From the sequence record OV876907: DNA of 64,000 nucleotides. One strand, given 5' to 3'. Within the stretch, counting starts at the first letter, position 1. Every line of letters starts with the position of its first letter. Below, piece by piece: positions 20,459 to 30,164 of this stretch. The position numbers were made by a program, and so were the translations under genes. The notes under the pieces are model-generated. The model did not search any database, had not been told where the DNA came from, and was given only the letters and a program-made list of their open reading frames with translations. Source of the stretch: Escherichia phage UGJNEcP3.

Positions 20459-21490
20459 TTAGTATTTGTATTCGTTTGCGAACTGTTCAGTGACGTCTTC
20501 CAGAACTTCATAATAACATACACGCATTTTAGCATCACCGTAATCGACCGGGATACTAACAACATCACGTGGGTTAACTTTACATGAAACTACTTTACAG
20601 CTTGAGTTACCAAAATGACCGATATAGCTACGAGAGCAAACGTGCAGACCACTTGAACAAGTTACTTCATCATCGTCATTTACACGAGAACGTGGCATTT
20701 TAACCGGTTTGCCTGGTGAGTTATCAAACGTACCGGTACGACAGTCGGTGTAATCAGAGTTAACTACCTTCCACGTAATAAAGTGGCCATCTTCAGTAAT
20801 TTTGATGTCGTTTGCCACCAGGAAGTCGAACAGACGCTGTACAGCTTTTTCGCTTGGGTTTTCTAACAGGTTTTCAAGGAACGGCAGGTAGAATTCGAAG
20901 TCTTCACCATTTTCCATTGAAGTGATAATACGGTCAATCAGCCCTGAACGCAATTCAATGCCTTGGTAAACCAGCCGTCCACCTTCAATACGAACGTTAC
21001 CTTTAACAAATGCTTTAACAGCTTCTTTAATAGAAATCAGTTTAATTGCATCATCGAAACGGGATTCTTTAAGAGCCTGTACGATGGCATCGAAATGTTT
21101 ATTCTTATTAGTAGTGTTCCATACTGTACGACCTTCAGTGATGGATACGAATTTAGAACTGGCATTCCAAATAATTTCAGGACGAGAACCACCAATAGTG
21201 GCTTCAACAGGAACAACCAGCAGGTTAGGAACTGTTACCGTAACATTTCCGGTAATAACCACTTCTGTTGGGGCGTTAAGAGGTACAGTAGGTGCTTTTT
21301 TAAGAGATTCGGCCATAGAATTAGCCACTTGAGAACGTTTAGCTTCTTCAGCATTTTTCAGGACTTTACGAATGGTATCAACCGAAACACTGTACCAATC
21401 GGCTAGTTCTTGCTGGGTATAATTACCAGATTTATAGAGGGAAACTACTTGCTCTTGTTCAGATTTAGCCAGACACTTAATATTGTACAT
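20459..21490 (-). CDS. rIIB: rIIB protein
   Basis: 343 aa; MYNIKCL..SGNYTQQELADW..VSVDTIR.VLKNAEEAKR and C-terminal CYYEVLEDVTEQF match T4 rIIB (memory). Confidence 0.9.
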   Translation of the reverse strand: MYNIKCLAKSEQEQVVSLYKSGNYTQQELADWYSVSVDTIRKVLKNAEEAKRSQVANSMAESLKKAPTVPLNAPTEVVITGNVTVTVPNLLVVPVEATIGGSRPEIIWNASSKFVSITEGRTVWNTTNKNKHFDAIVQALKESRFDDAIKLISIKEAVKAFVKGNVRIEGGRLVYQGIELRSGLIDRIITSMENGEDFEFYLPFLENLLENPSEKAVQRLFDFLVANDIKITEDGHFITWKVVNSDYTDCRTGTFDNSPGKPVKMPRSRVNDDDEVTCSSGLHVCSRSYIGHFGNSSCKVVSCKVNPRDVVSIPVDYGDAKMRVCYYEVLEDVTEQFANEYKY

Positions 21491-21504
21491 AATATTTCCT
21501 TAGA

Positions 21505-23715
21505 TTAAGCCGCTTCCACGGCTTTCATGAATTTAACGATTTGAGCTACAGAAGCCTCGGTAATGGATGTTCCACGACGATACATGTAGTCCGAAACTAA
21601 ATGGTAATCAGATTCAAACTGTACAGTCATTTTATCATTGTTGCTTGAAGCATTATTGGTTAACGTATTAAACGTATTGTTACAAATTCTCTTGGTGATA
21701 TTCAATTTATCATCAGTGATATAACCATGGAAATTCGTATAACGGAATATATCATAGAAATTACTCAGACGAGTATATGCTTCAGACACAGGCTTATCAC
21801 TGAAATACTTGGTCATGAAACCGAGCTCAGGGAACTTAGCAATGATTTCAAGATAATACCTTGCACGGGTATTACTGCCAATATAATCATCAATATCTAC
21901 AGCATCTAATGCTTCAGCATAAGCTTCTAACGTGGTTTCCATCAAGCATTCGCACTGGCCTAACTTTTTAATCTTTTTAGCAATCTGAGGGCGAATGATA
22001 TGGAATTCGGTAACACCAATCAAATTAGCCATACGACACATGGTAGTGGTATTGATGTCAAAGATACCATAAGCTTCGTCCATTCCCATAATATCAGAAC
22101 GACTGCCAAACAGGACATAACCGGTAATTTCTTCTGCTTCAGCGGTGGTCAAATACATGGTCTCTGTTTGCCAGCGCCCGTCTTTAATGAACCAACGATA
22201 AGCACTTGGTGTTTTAGGACGAGGTTCTGATGAACGAACAGTAACCGGAATCCATGGCTTAACAATTTTATTCAGTTCAGAGACTTTATAAAAATGAATT
22301 GTGTCACCTTTAAAAAGTTCTTTAACCTTTTCAAGTTGTTGCATTTGCAACATTGAATTCGGGTCGACAAAAATAAGGTCAGTTCCGTATTTAGGAATAT
22401 TATGCTCTTTAACAACTTTCTTGGCTGAAGCACTGTTGTCCATTGCCAGAGCCCAAAGTCCTCGAACTAATGGCACACGACCCTTTTCGTCGTCATAAAC
22501 AACATGGATTTCTTTCTTATTAATGCCTAATAAACTACTAAGTCCTGCTACCGAAGAAGTATTACCACTTGACTTAATTCGTTTCAAACGTGGGTCTGAA
22601 ACGACTTCGTAAACAACGCCTAAATTAAGAAGGTCGTTTTGAAGTGTATATTTTTGATACAGTTTTTCAAAGGTCAATTTTTCTGTAGTAAACAGGCTAG
22701 TTCCACCTTTTTTGGTAAGATAGTCACGAGCACTGTAACCAAGGTTAGAAAGGTCACGATAAACATGACGTGGGTTATCAGATTCAACCCATTCACGGGT
22801 ATCATTTTTAAAGACTACCGCATCCAGTGCTTCGATACGAGTTGCAATATTTTCCATCGTACGTTTATCAAGAGACAACACTTCACGAGACGGAGCAATA
22901 TCCAGTGAACCCATAGGGAACTTAATATAAACTACATCATGGCGAGTACGCATCCATGTGCCTTTAATATAAGCTGAATCCAATGGATAAACAATACCAC
23001 CATAAACGGCATAAAGTCCTGAACGTTCGAAATCTCTGTAACCGCTATCTGTTACAGCATAGTAGTCATCAAACTCAGGGAAATAATCAATTTCAGCCCC
23101 ATCGACATCACCAAGACCAATGAATGGACGCATGATATAACGAACTTCAGTTTCAAACTTACGGAAATCTTCTTCATCCACAGGAACTGTGATTTCGATA
23201 CCTGTTTTATCACCTGGCTGCATAGGTTCTACGAAAGTAGGTTTAATCTGTGGTCCGTCACCATCCATATAAGCTACATAACCACGAACTTCGCCATTAT
23301 GCCATGAGGTAATATTAAACGTTTCGGTATAACTGAACGGAGATTTTGAACCAAGGCCAAAGCCGCCGATGAAATCATTAGAAGCCGTTTTGGACGACGC
23401 GAAATAAGAGTTATACAAACCTGTTTCGTTTTCATCACCACGAATTTGGAAATCGCTCATACCCGGCCCGAAGTCACGGCATACGAAACGAGGGTCCAGT
23501 TTACCAGGGACCTGTACTTTCCAACGTTCTTTATTACCATTCAGAATATGGGCGTCAATCATGTTGGTAATTAGTTCACGGACTACAGCGCGCACCTTAT
23601 TACTATAAAGGTCTGATGACAGAATTTTAAAGACCTTAGGCGATGCCTGGATAGTAAAGCCTGTGGACTTAGCACCATTACCAATGATTTGTTCTTTTTC
23701 GGTTTCGATAATCAT
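21505..23715 (-). CDS. rIIA: rIIA protein
   Basis: 736 aa; N-terminus ...FKILSSDLYSNKVRAVVRELITNMIDAH... matches T4 rIIA (memory). Confidence 0.9.
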   Translation of the reverse strand: MIIETEKEQIIGNGAKSTGFTIQASPKVFKILSSDLYSNKVRAVVRELITNMIDAHILNGNKERWKVQVPGKLDPRFVCRDFGPGMSDFQIRGDENETGLYNSYFASSKTASNDFIGGFGLGSKSPFSYTETFNITSWHNGEVRGYVAYMDGDGPQIKPTFVEPMQPGDKTGIEITVPVDEEDFRKFETEVRYIMRPFIGLGDVDGAEIDYFPEFDDYYAVTDSGYRDFERSGLYAVYGGIVYPLDSAYIKGTWMRTRHDVVYIKFPMGSLDIAPSREVLSLDKRTMENIATRIEALDAVVFKNDTREWVESDNPRHVYRDLSNLGYSARDYLTKKGGTSLFTTEKLTFEKLYQKYTLQNDLLNLGVVYEVVSDPRLKRIKSSGNTSSVAGLSSLLGINKKEIHVVYDDEKGRVPLVRGLWALAMDNSASAKKVVKEHNIPKYGTDLIFVDPNSMLQMQQLEKVKELFKGDTIHFYKVSELNKIVKPWIPVTVRSSEPRPKTPSAYRWFIKDGRWQTETMYLTTAEAEEITGYVLFGSRSDIMGMDEAYGIFDINTTTMCRMANLIGVTEFHIIRPQIAKKIKKLGQCECLMETTLEAYAEALDAVDIDDYIGSNTRARYYLEIIAKFPELGFMTKYFSDKPVSEAYTRLSNFYDIFRYTNFHGYITDDKLNITKRICNNTFNTLTNNASSNNDKMTVQFESDYHLVSDYMYRRGTSITEASVAQIVKFMKAVEAA

Positions 23716-23722
23716 ATTTTTC

Positions 23723-23926
23723 TCAATTCAGGTTACGTTTAAAAAGATCTGCCACTTCAAGGAGCTCGTCCTTAGTAGCGATGTCGTTGAGTATTTTATA
23801 TCTGATTTCTTTAAAGCGTTCTTTAAAATCCTCAGCCGCATTGATATCAAAAAATCTCTGGATTAACCTGAATTCTTTATGGACGGCTTTATCAAACAAA
23901 TCAATATTCACTTTAAAGTTTGTCAT
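23723..23926 (-). CDS. hypothetical protein (rIIA.1 position)
   Basis: 67 aa directly upstream of rIIA. Confidence 0.55.
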   Translation of the reverse strand: MTNFKVNIDLFDKAVHKEFRLIQRFFDINAAEDFKERFKEIRYKILNDIATKDELLEVADLFKRNLN

Positions 23927-24236
23927 TTTTAACTACCTCATGTTGAACATATTCTCTGGTAGAACCTAGTTCAGCCAGAATTCTTCTCATAGAACCCATT
24001 GTACTTTTGTGCTCTCTGTGGCGATACATTATCTCTAAAACCTTTTCCTGGACAACAGGAGAGAGCGCCTGGTTATCTTTAATCTTTAAGGCAATAGATT
24101 TTACAGCCTTAAGGTATTCAAGTCCCTTACCGCTTGTAGTCACTATTCCTTCATCTTTACAGTTACGAATAGCCGTTTCCATAAAGGATAAAGCCAGGTT
24201 GCCCGTATTCACTATACTGTTATCTTGCATAATCAT
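23913..24236 (-). CDS. hypothetical protein (107 aa)
   Basis: early-strand ORF in the interval that holds gene 60 in T4; unrelated to gene 60. Confidence 0.55.
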   Translation of the reverse strand: MIMQDNSIVNTGNLALSFMETAIRNCKDEGIVTTSGKGLEYLKAVKSIALKIKDNQALSPVVQEKVLEIMYRHREHKSTMGSMRRILAELGSTREYVQHEVVKNDKL

Positions 24237-24309
24237 ATTCTCACCTCTTAGAGAATCGTATCATACTTTTAATCAGTTGTAAACCCCGAAAAGGGCCTTG
24301 CGGCCCTTA

Positions 24310-24510
24310 TTAGTTACTTGAATCGACCTTATAGACTTGCCCGCGGGTTTGGTAAACTTCGCCGTCCCATGTTTCAACTGTGATAGTAACGTACTCTGCA
24401 AAAAGAGGACGTGTATCTGTCCAGAGATAACCATATTCACCTGTGACGAGCGTAACCCAGTACTTTCTCATAAAGTCTCCTTTTGTATGGCACCAATTAG
24501 TACCATACAT
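24310..24510 (-). CDS. hypothetical protein (66 aa)
   Basis: ORF between gene 39 stop and a GNRA hairpin (24295-24308). Confidence 0.5.
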   Translation of the reverse strand: MYGTNWCHTKGDFMRKYWVTLVTGEYGYLWTDTRPLFAEYVTITVETWDGEVYQTRGQVYKVDSSN

Positions 24511-24515
24511 ATTTA

Positions 24516-26333
24516 TTACGACATCCAGGCCTTACGGAGTTGGGGGTCATTACCAAGGAGCATTTCGAACTGTTCTTTCCAATCTTCAGGTAATTGAACA
24601 ACATCAAATTTAGGGTCTTGAATCATTCGGCGGTATTCAGCTTTCTCAAGAGAACCTAGTCCTTTGATATACCGAATAGAATGTTTTGGTAGAGAGTCCT
24701 TAGCTTTGGTATAACTAGGAACATCATAGAACCATTCCTGTTCTTTACCGACCTGGGCAATAATTACCGGAGTTTTACAGAAACGTACTCGGCCTTGTTC
24801 GAACAATTCAGGCCATTGGCTAAAGAAGGCTAGCAATGATGGATAAATCGAACCAGTACCATCCACATCGGCATCAGTCATAATAGCAATATTACGATAG
24901 TTAGTTTTCTCTGCAGGTTCACCAATAATCAATCCAGTGATTGCACAGATATCAAATAGTTCCTTGTTCTTCATGATATCTGTTGCTGTCATTCCCCAGG
25001 TATTCATAACCTTACCACGTAATGGATAGCCACCTTGAAGGTCTTTATTACGGACTTCAATGAAAGGACCCATAGCGGAATCACCTTCGGTTAGGAACAG
25101 GGTTGTATCAGCATCTTTGCCGTATAGGTTAGCTTTAATATGCTTATGGACCTTGGCTTTAGAAGCTTTCTTAGCGGCTTTAGTTTCGGCAGCCTTTTCG
25201 GCTGCTAATTTACGTGCTAAAGCAGCTTCAACGATAGGCATAATCAACCCATCAACTTTAAGAATGGCTTGGGCAATTTTCTTGGCATCAATTTGGATAT
25301 GATTACGAATCTCACCAAACGGAGATGTTAAGCGCTCTTTAGTCTGGGAATCAAAACGCATGTTGCTCATATCACGAATGAACATCACCATCGTAAGGCA
25401 TTCTTTAACACGAGCTTTAGTTACTTCAATTCCACGGTATTTCTTTTTAATACCAGGCAGAAGATGTTCACAGATATCATCGAACACACATTCAACGTGG
25501 TGACCACCATTCTTGGTATGGATATTGTTTACATACGTCAGTTGACGGAACCCGTCCGGAGAAGGAGTAAATGCCATCGAAACATTATCAGTTTCCTGGA
25601 TTACAAAGTCTTCACCAAATTGCTTAGCATACTTTTTAAAGTTGCCATCTACTTTTTTACCATTAAAAGTAAATTGGATATCTGGATAAATTACAGCTAG
25701 TGTTTGAAGTCGGTCTAATGTAATATCCAGATAAATTTGGGACAGGCTATTTTCTTCGAAATGGTTAAAGTCCGGAGTGAATATAACCGAAGTACCCTTA
25801 CCTTTAGATTTCTTAGTAGACCAACCTTTGTTTTCCATTCCGTTTGAACAGTTAACAGTAATCTCATTCTCACCATCAGAGGTGATGCCTGTGAACAAAA
25901 CAGAGAAGATATTAGTTAAACTACTACCGACACCATTCATGCCGCCTGTCTTACGCTCAGCGTCATCTCCAAAGTTACCACCTGCCTTTGGAATAGTCCA
26001 TGCAGCTACAGGACCTGGAATTTGTTCACCATTTTGGTCGGTGACCATTGCTTGTGGAATACCACGACCATTATCAGAAACTGAAACCTGGTTATTCTTA
26101 ATTTGAACATCAATTTTATTTGCGAATTTAAAATTGGTACGAATAGCTTCATCGACAGAGTTATCAATGATTTCGTCAATTAATTTAACCAGTCCAGGAA
26201 CATAGTTTACCTGTGTAAAATTACCAAACAGGAATCGACCGTGAGCTTCATTAGCACTGGAGCCAATATACATCCCACTACGTTTTTTGATATGTTCAAT
26301 GTCGGACAGTACTTTAATTTCATTCTTAATCAT
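24516..26333 (-). CDS. 39: DNA topoisomerase II large subunit gp39, uninterrupted GyrB-like form
   Basis: 605 aa single ORF; GyrB-type ATPase motifs (IDNSVDE, DNGRGIP, GGxNGxGSS) and TOPRIM region; not split into 39+60. Confidence 0.9.
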   Translation of the reverse strand: MIKNEIKVLSDIEHIKKRSGMYIGSSANEAHGRFLFGNFTQVNYVPGLVKLIDEIIDNSVDEAIRTNFKFANKIDVQIKNNQVSVSDNGRGIPQAMVTDQNGEQIPGPVAAWTIPKAGGNFGDDAERKTGGMNGVGSSLTNIFSVLFTGITSDGENEITVNCSNGMENKGWSTKKSKGKGTSVIFTPDFNHFEENSLSQIYLDITLDRLQTLAVIYPDIQFTFNGKKVDGNFKKYAKQFGEDFVIQETDNVSMAFTPSPDGFRQLTYVNNIHTKNGGHHVECVFDDICEHLLPGIKKKYRGIEVTKARVKECLTMVMFIRDMSNMRFDSQTKERLTSPFGEIRNHIQIDAKKIAQAILKVDGLIMPIVEAALARKLAAEKAAETKAAKKASKAKVHKHIKANLYGKDADTTLFLTEGDSAMGPFIEVRNKDLQGGYPLRGKVMNTWGMTATDIMKNKELFDICAITGLIIGEPAEKTNYRNIAIMTDADVDGTGSIYPSLLAFFSQWPELFEQGRVRFCKTPVIIAQVGKEQEWFYDVPSYTKAKDSLPKHSIRYIKGLGSLEKAEYRRMIQDPKFDVVQLPEDWKEQFEMLLGNDPQLRKAWMS

Positions 26334-26354
26334 GTTATTTCCTCATGTAGTAGG

Positions 26355-26385
26355 AGAATATTATCCCATTTCACTTAAAGCATAA
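26355..26385 (-). promoter_or_regulatory. possible MotA-dependent middle promoter for gene 39
   Basis: minus-sense TGCTTTA MotA-box-like motif ~12 bp upstream of TAATAT. Confidence 0.35.
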
Positions 26386-26399
26386 AAGGGCCGAAGCCC

Positions 26400-26660
26400 T
26401 TAATCAAATCGAATGGTCGACTTTTTAAAGAATAGCCCAGAACAAACTGTTCCTTCAACCCTTTTACCTGTCGGACCTACAGCAATAAAGCCTGTACGTT
26501 GGAAATCATCTTCAGAGCAGCCAAATAGGTTGTATCCCGTGATTTGGATTTGTTCATAGCCATTTGCATCCAATACACGGGTAGCATTATCAGCATCAGT
26601 ACATCCAACCAGTGAAACTGCTAATACGAGAGCTGCAATAGAACGATTAATATATTTCAT
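26400..26660 (-). CDS. small lipoprotein (86 aa)
   Basis: signal peptide with lipobox LVGC (MKYINRSIAALVLAVSLVGC). Confidence 0.6.
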   Translation of the reverse strand: MKYINRSIAALVLAVSLVGCTDADNATRVLDANGYEQIQITGYNLFGCSEDDFQRTGFIAVGPTGKRVEGTVCSGLFFKKSTIRFD

Positions 26661-26850
26661 AATTTCTCACTTAGTCAGTAGGTCGTAAAACCCGCCATTA
26701 ACATGTTTAGGAGCCGAGACTAACCGAACAGCCAGCCGTTGGCAATCAGGACAAACATCATTATCTCTTTCAGATATTTTCTTGATTTTTTTCGTATTCT
26801 TTTGCACAGTCTTCTGATTGGCATTTATAATCATAAAGTGGCATCTTCTA

Positions 26851-27222
26851 TTATTCCTTAAAGTGGGCTTTCAACATCTGGTAAACTGTCCAGGCTTCAG
26901 AATTATTAGAGATAGTGATTTTAGTCAAAGGGAATTCGCTTGGCTCAGATGGAGCCGCGTCTTCGCATTCATCTTCGGTATCGTCATCTTTTTCTTCTTC
27001 AAAGAAACGACGCTCATCTTTCTTTATGAATAGGCTCGTAAATTCACCAGTTGATAATTCCATTTTATACACATCACCATCTTCAATTCTGACTGGTCTA
27101 AATCCCTCGCCATTGATTATAGTATCGGCTATATTATCATTATCTGTACATAACAAACGGAATTTGCTTTCGGCATCATTATCTTTAAAATAATACCACT
27201 TATCGGTTTCAAATTTGGTCAT
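26851..27222 (-). CDS. hypothetical acidic protein (123 aa)
   Basis: start at MTKFETD ATG with AGGAG SD inside the upstream ORF end; acidic D/E-rich C-terminal half. Confidence 0.6.
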   Translation of the reverse strand: MTKFETDKWYYFKDNDAESKFRLLCTDNDNIADTIINGEGFRPVRIEDGDVYKMELSTGEFTSLFIKKDERRFFEEEKDDDTEDECEDAAPSEPSEFPLTKITISNNSEAWTVYQMLKAHFKE

Positions 27223-27433
27223 TATAATTCTCCTTCCAGAATTCAGTGCCTTCAGCAGTGATTTCACGGAACACTGCATAGATAGGGGTTTTATCACCCT
27301 GATTTTCGTATACATAAACCGACGATAAATGAGAAAACGTATCAGAATATTCCTTTTGAACCACGATTAAATCAGGGTTGAACAGAACATCTTCAAATTC
27401 TTCACGAGTCGAGTTCACAGTAACTTTAGCCAT
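27209..27433 (-). CDS. hypothetical protein (74 aa)
   Basis: early promoter at 27458-27496 then GAGAGGAAA SD. Confidence 0.55.
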   Translation of the reverse strand: MAKVTVNSTREEFEDVLFNPDLIVVQKEYSDTFSHLSSVYVYENQGDKTPIYAVFREITAEGTEFWKENYNDQI

Positions 27434-27457
27434 TTTATTTTCCTCTCATTTGTTGAT

Positions 27458-27496
27458 AGGGTAATAGTATCACACTACTACCCTGTTGTATACCAC
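27458..27496 (-). promoter_or_regulatory. early promoter (GGTATAC -35 variant)
   Basis: GTATAC, 18 bp, gTGaTACTAT, TACCCTATCAACAAA box. Confidence 0.5.
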
Positions 27497-27506
27497 TTTT
27501 TAAACT

Positions 27507-28058
27507 TTATGCAAAATGAATATCAGCATACTCAACAATAAAACTTTCAGGAACTACTTTAAAGGTGCCAAGGAACACGATGTTATACAGCTTAACACCT
27601 TCTTCAACCCATTGGTCTGTGATATAACCGGACATGCTGGTAGTTTCGTAAGTGGGGCCATACTTGCAATTGTATTCAAACGGTTTAGGTGAAACGAAAA
27701 AGACACCTTTACCTAATTTCCATTTAAAATCAACACCAACATGAGATCGGTCAATAGTTTCAACGTCTTGAGCTACTACGCCACGGATATCATTGCTTTC
27801 ACATACATACCCATCATGGGATTCAACTTCTTCAACTACAGGAGCGATGTATCCGGTAAATTCAGTAGATTCCAAGAATTTAGCACGCACATATCCGAAT
27901 TGAGTTTCGGTCTGGCCATTTTTAGGAATAATACGCACTTTAACTTCTTTAATTCCACCTACTAAATTGGTACGAATACCTGCAACTTCAACTAAACTGC
28001 CCGCAGCTTTTGAACGAGACTTTTTGGATACACGAACAATTTCACCGATAGTAATCAT
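27507..28058 (-). CDS. hypothetical protein, paralog A of a tandem pair
   Basis: 183 aa; C-terminal block ITDQWVEEGVKLYNIVFLGTFKVVPESF shared with next ORF. Confidence 0.65.
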   Translation of the reverse strand: MITIGEIVRVSKKSRSKAAGSLVEVAGIRTNLVGGIKEVKVRIIPKNGQTETQFGYVRAKFLESTEFTGYIAPVVEEVESHDGYVCESNDIRGVVAQDVETIDRSHVGVDFKWKLGKGVFFVSPKPFEYNCKYGPTYETTSMSGYITDQWVEEGVKLYNIVFLGTFKVVPESFIVEYADIHFA

Positions 28059-28100
28059 AATTTTTCTCTCTTGGTTAAAGGATTATAATCCATAAGAGCC

Positions 28101-28129
28101 ATTATAACATGGCTCTCGATAAAGTAAAC
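28101..28129 (-). promoter_or_regulatory. early promoter
   Basis: GTTTAC(28124-28129), 17 bp, caTGtTATAAT. Confidence 0.5.
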
Positions 28130-28131
28130 TA

Positions 28132-28680
28132 TTAATTCAATACATTAACCACTGCACTACGAGGTACTACGCTAAAATCACCAGCATGTACAACGTTCAG
28201 GAGTTCAACACCATCTTCAATCCACTGGTCTGTTACCCAACCACAGATAGGATTATCAAAAGGACGACGGATAGCCACAGCAGCACACAACAGGTCGGTA
28301 GGGCCTTGTTCTTCAACTTCTTGGAACAGGATGAACTCATCTTCATAAACCAGGTTTTTCTCTATTTTGTTATTATCTAACCGGCGGCCGTGGATGACGT
28401 AAGATTTGTCAAACCACTCACTTTTGGCGAATTCTTCAACAATAAATTCGCCTTCGCCAAAAACATCAGTCAGAGTTTTATAACCAGAAATCAAGGCCTT
28501 AATTTTAATTTCAGGTTCAACCAGTTTGTAGGTTTTGCCGATTTCGATAGTCTGAGTAGTCATAGTGGTTTCCTTAATTTCCAGTGGTTTAACAGGGCAT
28601 ACATAAGTGCTTAAAACATCAAAATCAATCAGTTTAGCTGCCGGATTCGGGGTGTATTTAGGGTTGTAATTAAATTTCAT
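28132..28680 (-). CDS. hypothetical protein, paralog B of a tandem pair
   Basis: 182 aa; C-terminal block VTDQWIEDGVELLNVVHAGDFSVVPRSAV. Confidence 0.65.
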   Translation of the reverse strand: MKFNYNPKYTPNPAAKLIDFDVLSTYVCPVKPLEIKETTMTTQTIEIGKTYKLVEPEIKIKALISGYKTLTDVFGEGEFIVEEFAKSEWFDKSYVIHGRRLDNNKIEKNLVYEDEFILFQEVEEQGPTDLLCAAVAIRRPFDNPICGWVTDQWIEDGVELLNVVHAGDFSVVPRSAVVNVLN

Positions 28681-29186
28681 ATTGTTCTCAATTCAATAAA
28701 ATCTACGAGTTCGGCATAAGATTTGCGGAACATTACTTGGCGGCCACCGATGACAACCTCATCTTCTGGTATTTCGTAAACAGCAAGATAGAATCCTTTA
28801 GAAGATAATTCTTTACGCTCTTCACGAGTGAACCAGCGCATCATATCATACTCACTGGCAAAAGCAAAATGGTAGAGGTTAACAAACCAGCCTGGAATAT
28901 AATCGTCGCAGCCTTCATAATCAGGTCGTTTCCACTTAGTTCTAATGGTTTTATTAGAATTTTCTACCAGCAACTTATCTTGACTTGGTAGTGGGATATT
29001 TTTATTAATGCTATGATGATGTCTAAAAATAGGTCTGTCTAAACCTACTTCTAATAACCAGCCTTCACTCCATGAGTCTGTTGTACTTCTATACGGGGTC
29101 ATTTGAGTACAGAGGTCTCGTCGTATTGTGATAGTGTTTCCATCATCTAAGATACTGAACGATGACTCAACTCGATAAATTTTCAT
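28677..29186 (-). CDS. hypothetical protein (169 aa)
   Basis: early promoter at 29208-29245 then GAGGAGAA SD. Confidence 0.6.
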   Translation of the reverse strand: MKIYRVESSFSILDDGNTITIRRDLCTQMTPYRSTTDSWSEGWLLEVGLDRPIFRHHHSINKNIPLPSQDKLLVENSNKTIRTKWKRPDYEGCDDYIPGWFVNLYHFAFASEYDMMRWFTREERKELSSKGFYLAVYEIPEDEVVIGGRQVMFRKSYAELVDFIELRTI

Positions 29187-29207
29187 TTTGTTCTCCTCAT
29201 GTTGATA

Positions 29208-29245
29208 GGGTAGATAATATCATGTCATGAGGAGAAGTAAACACT
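29208..29245 (-). promoter_or_regulatory. early promoter
   Basis: GTTTAC(29237-29242), 17 bp, caTGaTATTAT, CTACCCTATCAAC box. Confidence 0.55.
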
Positions 29246-29246
29246 T

Positions 29247-29921
29247 TTATCGATTTTTTACACTTAATGGGTCTGGATTCTCAGGAACATCTTCTAGGCT
29301 CAAGGCATACCGTTGAGCGTATTTCAGCATCAAGATATCCTTGGCGCAGTCATGGATGGAGTCATGGGCTACAAAGCCATTCAATGTTCCGTTAGGCAGA
29401 GGGCACATGCTTAATCCACGCGTCAGTGAATAGGCTTCAATGGCCGTACGGATATCGCGTTGGTTCCAGAATTTAACCGGTTCCAACTTAGTGGTATCGA
29501 CTTCGTTCTCAGGAACACCTTCAGAACGATAAGCATCACGAATAAGGTCCACTAAGATCGGAAAGTCAAAGGACATTCCGCGGCACCACATCTGGGATTT
29601 CCATTGGTCCACTTCGTTTTTACGACAGTATTCCAGGAAATTACCAATGCCGATAGAAGTACTCACATCAATTTCGGACGGAGCCAGGTTTTTACGTGCT
29701 TCAGGTCCTTGTTCTTTCCACCACTGCAATGTGCTTTTAGAGAACAGACGTTTATCGCGTTGAGAAGCCAAATCGAATTTAATACGAAGGCCGCGTTGAG
29801 TAAGCTCTTCAAACGATTCTACTACCTCTGGATTGGGGTCATAAGCAATTACGGCGAGGTCTATAACTGCTGCATTTTGGGTAGTGGCAAAGGTTTCGAA
29901 GTCAATAATTATATCTTTCAT
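29247..29921 (-). CDS. dexA: exonuclease A (DnaQ/DEDDh-like 3'-5' exonuclease)
   Basis: 224 aa; N-terminal IIDFETFA (Exo I motif) and C-terminal HDSIHDCAKD; position before dda as T4 dexA. Confidence 0.8.
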   Translation of the reverse strand: MKDIIIDFETFATTQNAAVIDLAVIAYDPNPEVVESFEELTQRGLRIKFDLASQRDKRLFSKSTLQWWKEQGPEARKNLAPSEIDVSTSIGIGNFLEYCRKNEVDQWKSQMWCRGMSFDFPILVDLIRDAYRSEGVPENEVDTTKLEPVKFWNQRDIRTAIEAYSLTRGLSMCPLPNGTLNGFVAHDSIHDCAKDILMLKYAQRYALSLEDVPENPDPLSVKNR

Positions 29922-30157
29922 TTAACGTACCTCATAAGGTCTCGGATTTGGCCAACGGTATAGTCTTCAATATAAACCGAAGAGATATTGTCGTCCATCA
30001 GTTTTTGCACTGCAATAAAATCACTTTCAATCTCTTTAAGTGAATGCAAGACCTTATGAGCCTTGCCACGGATATTTGTATCGTCTGGGTTGACCTTAAT
30101 AATATATTCCGTCTCGAATTTCAACTTATAAAATTGGTCTTTAGTTACTTTAATCAT
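29918..30157 (-). CDS. hypothetical protein (79 aa)
   Basis: start at MIKVTKD ATG just after dda stop. Confidence 0.5.
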   Translation of the reverse strand: MIKVTKDQFYKLKFETEYIIKVNPDDTNIRGKAHKVLHSLKEIESDFIAVQKLMDDNISSVYIEDYTVGQIRDLMRYVK

Positions 30158-30164
30158 ATTTTCC

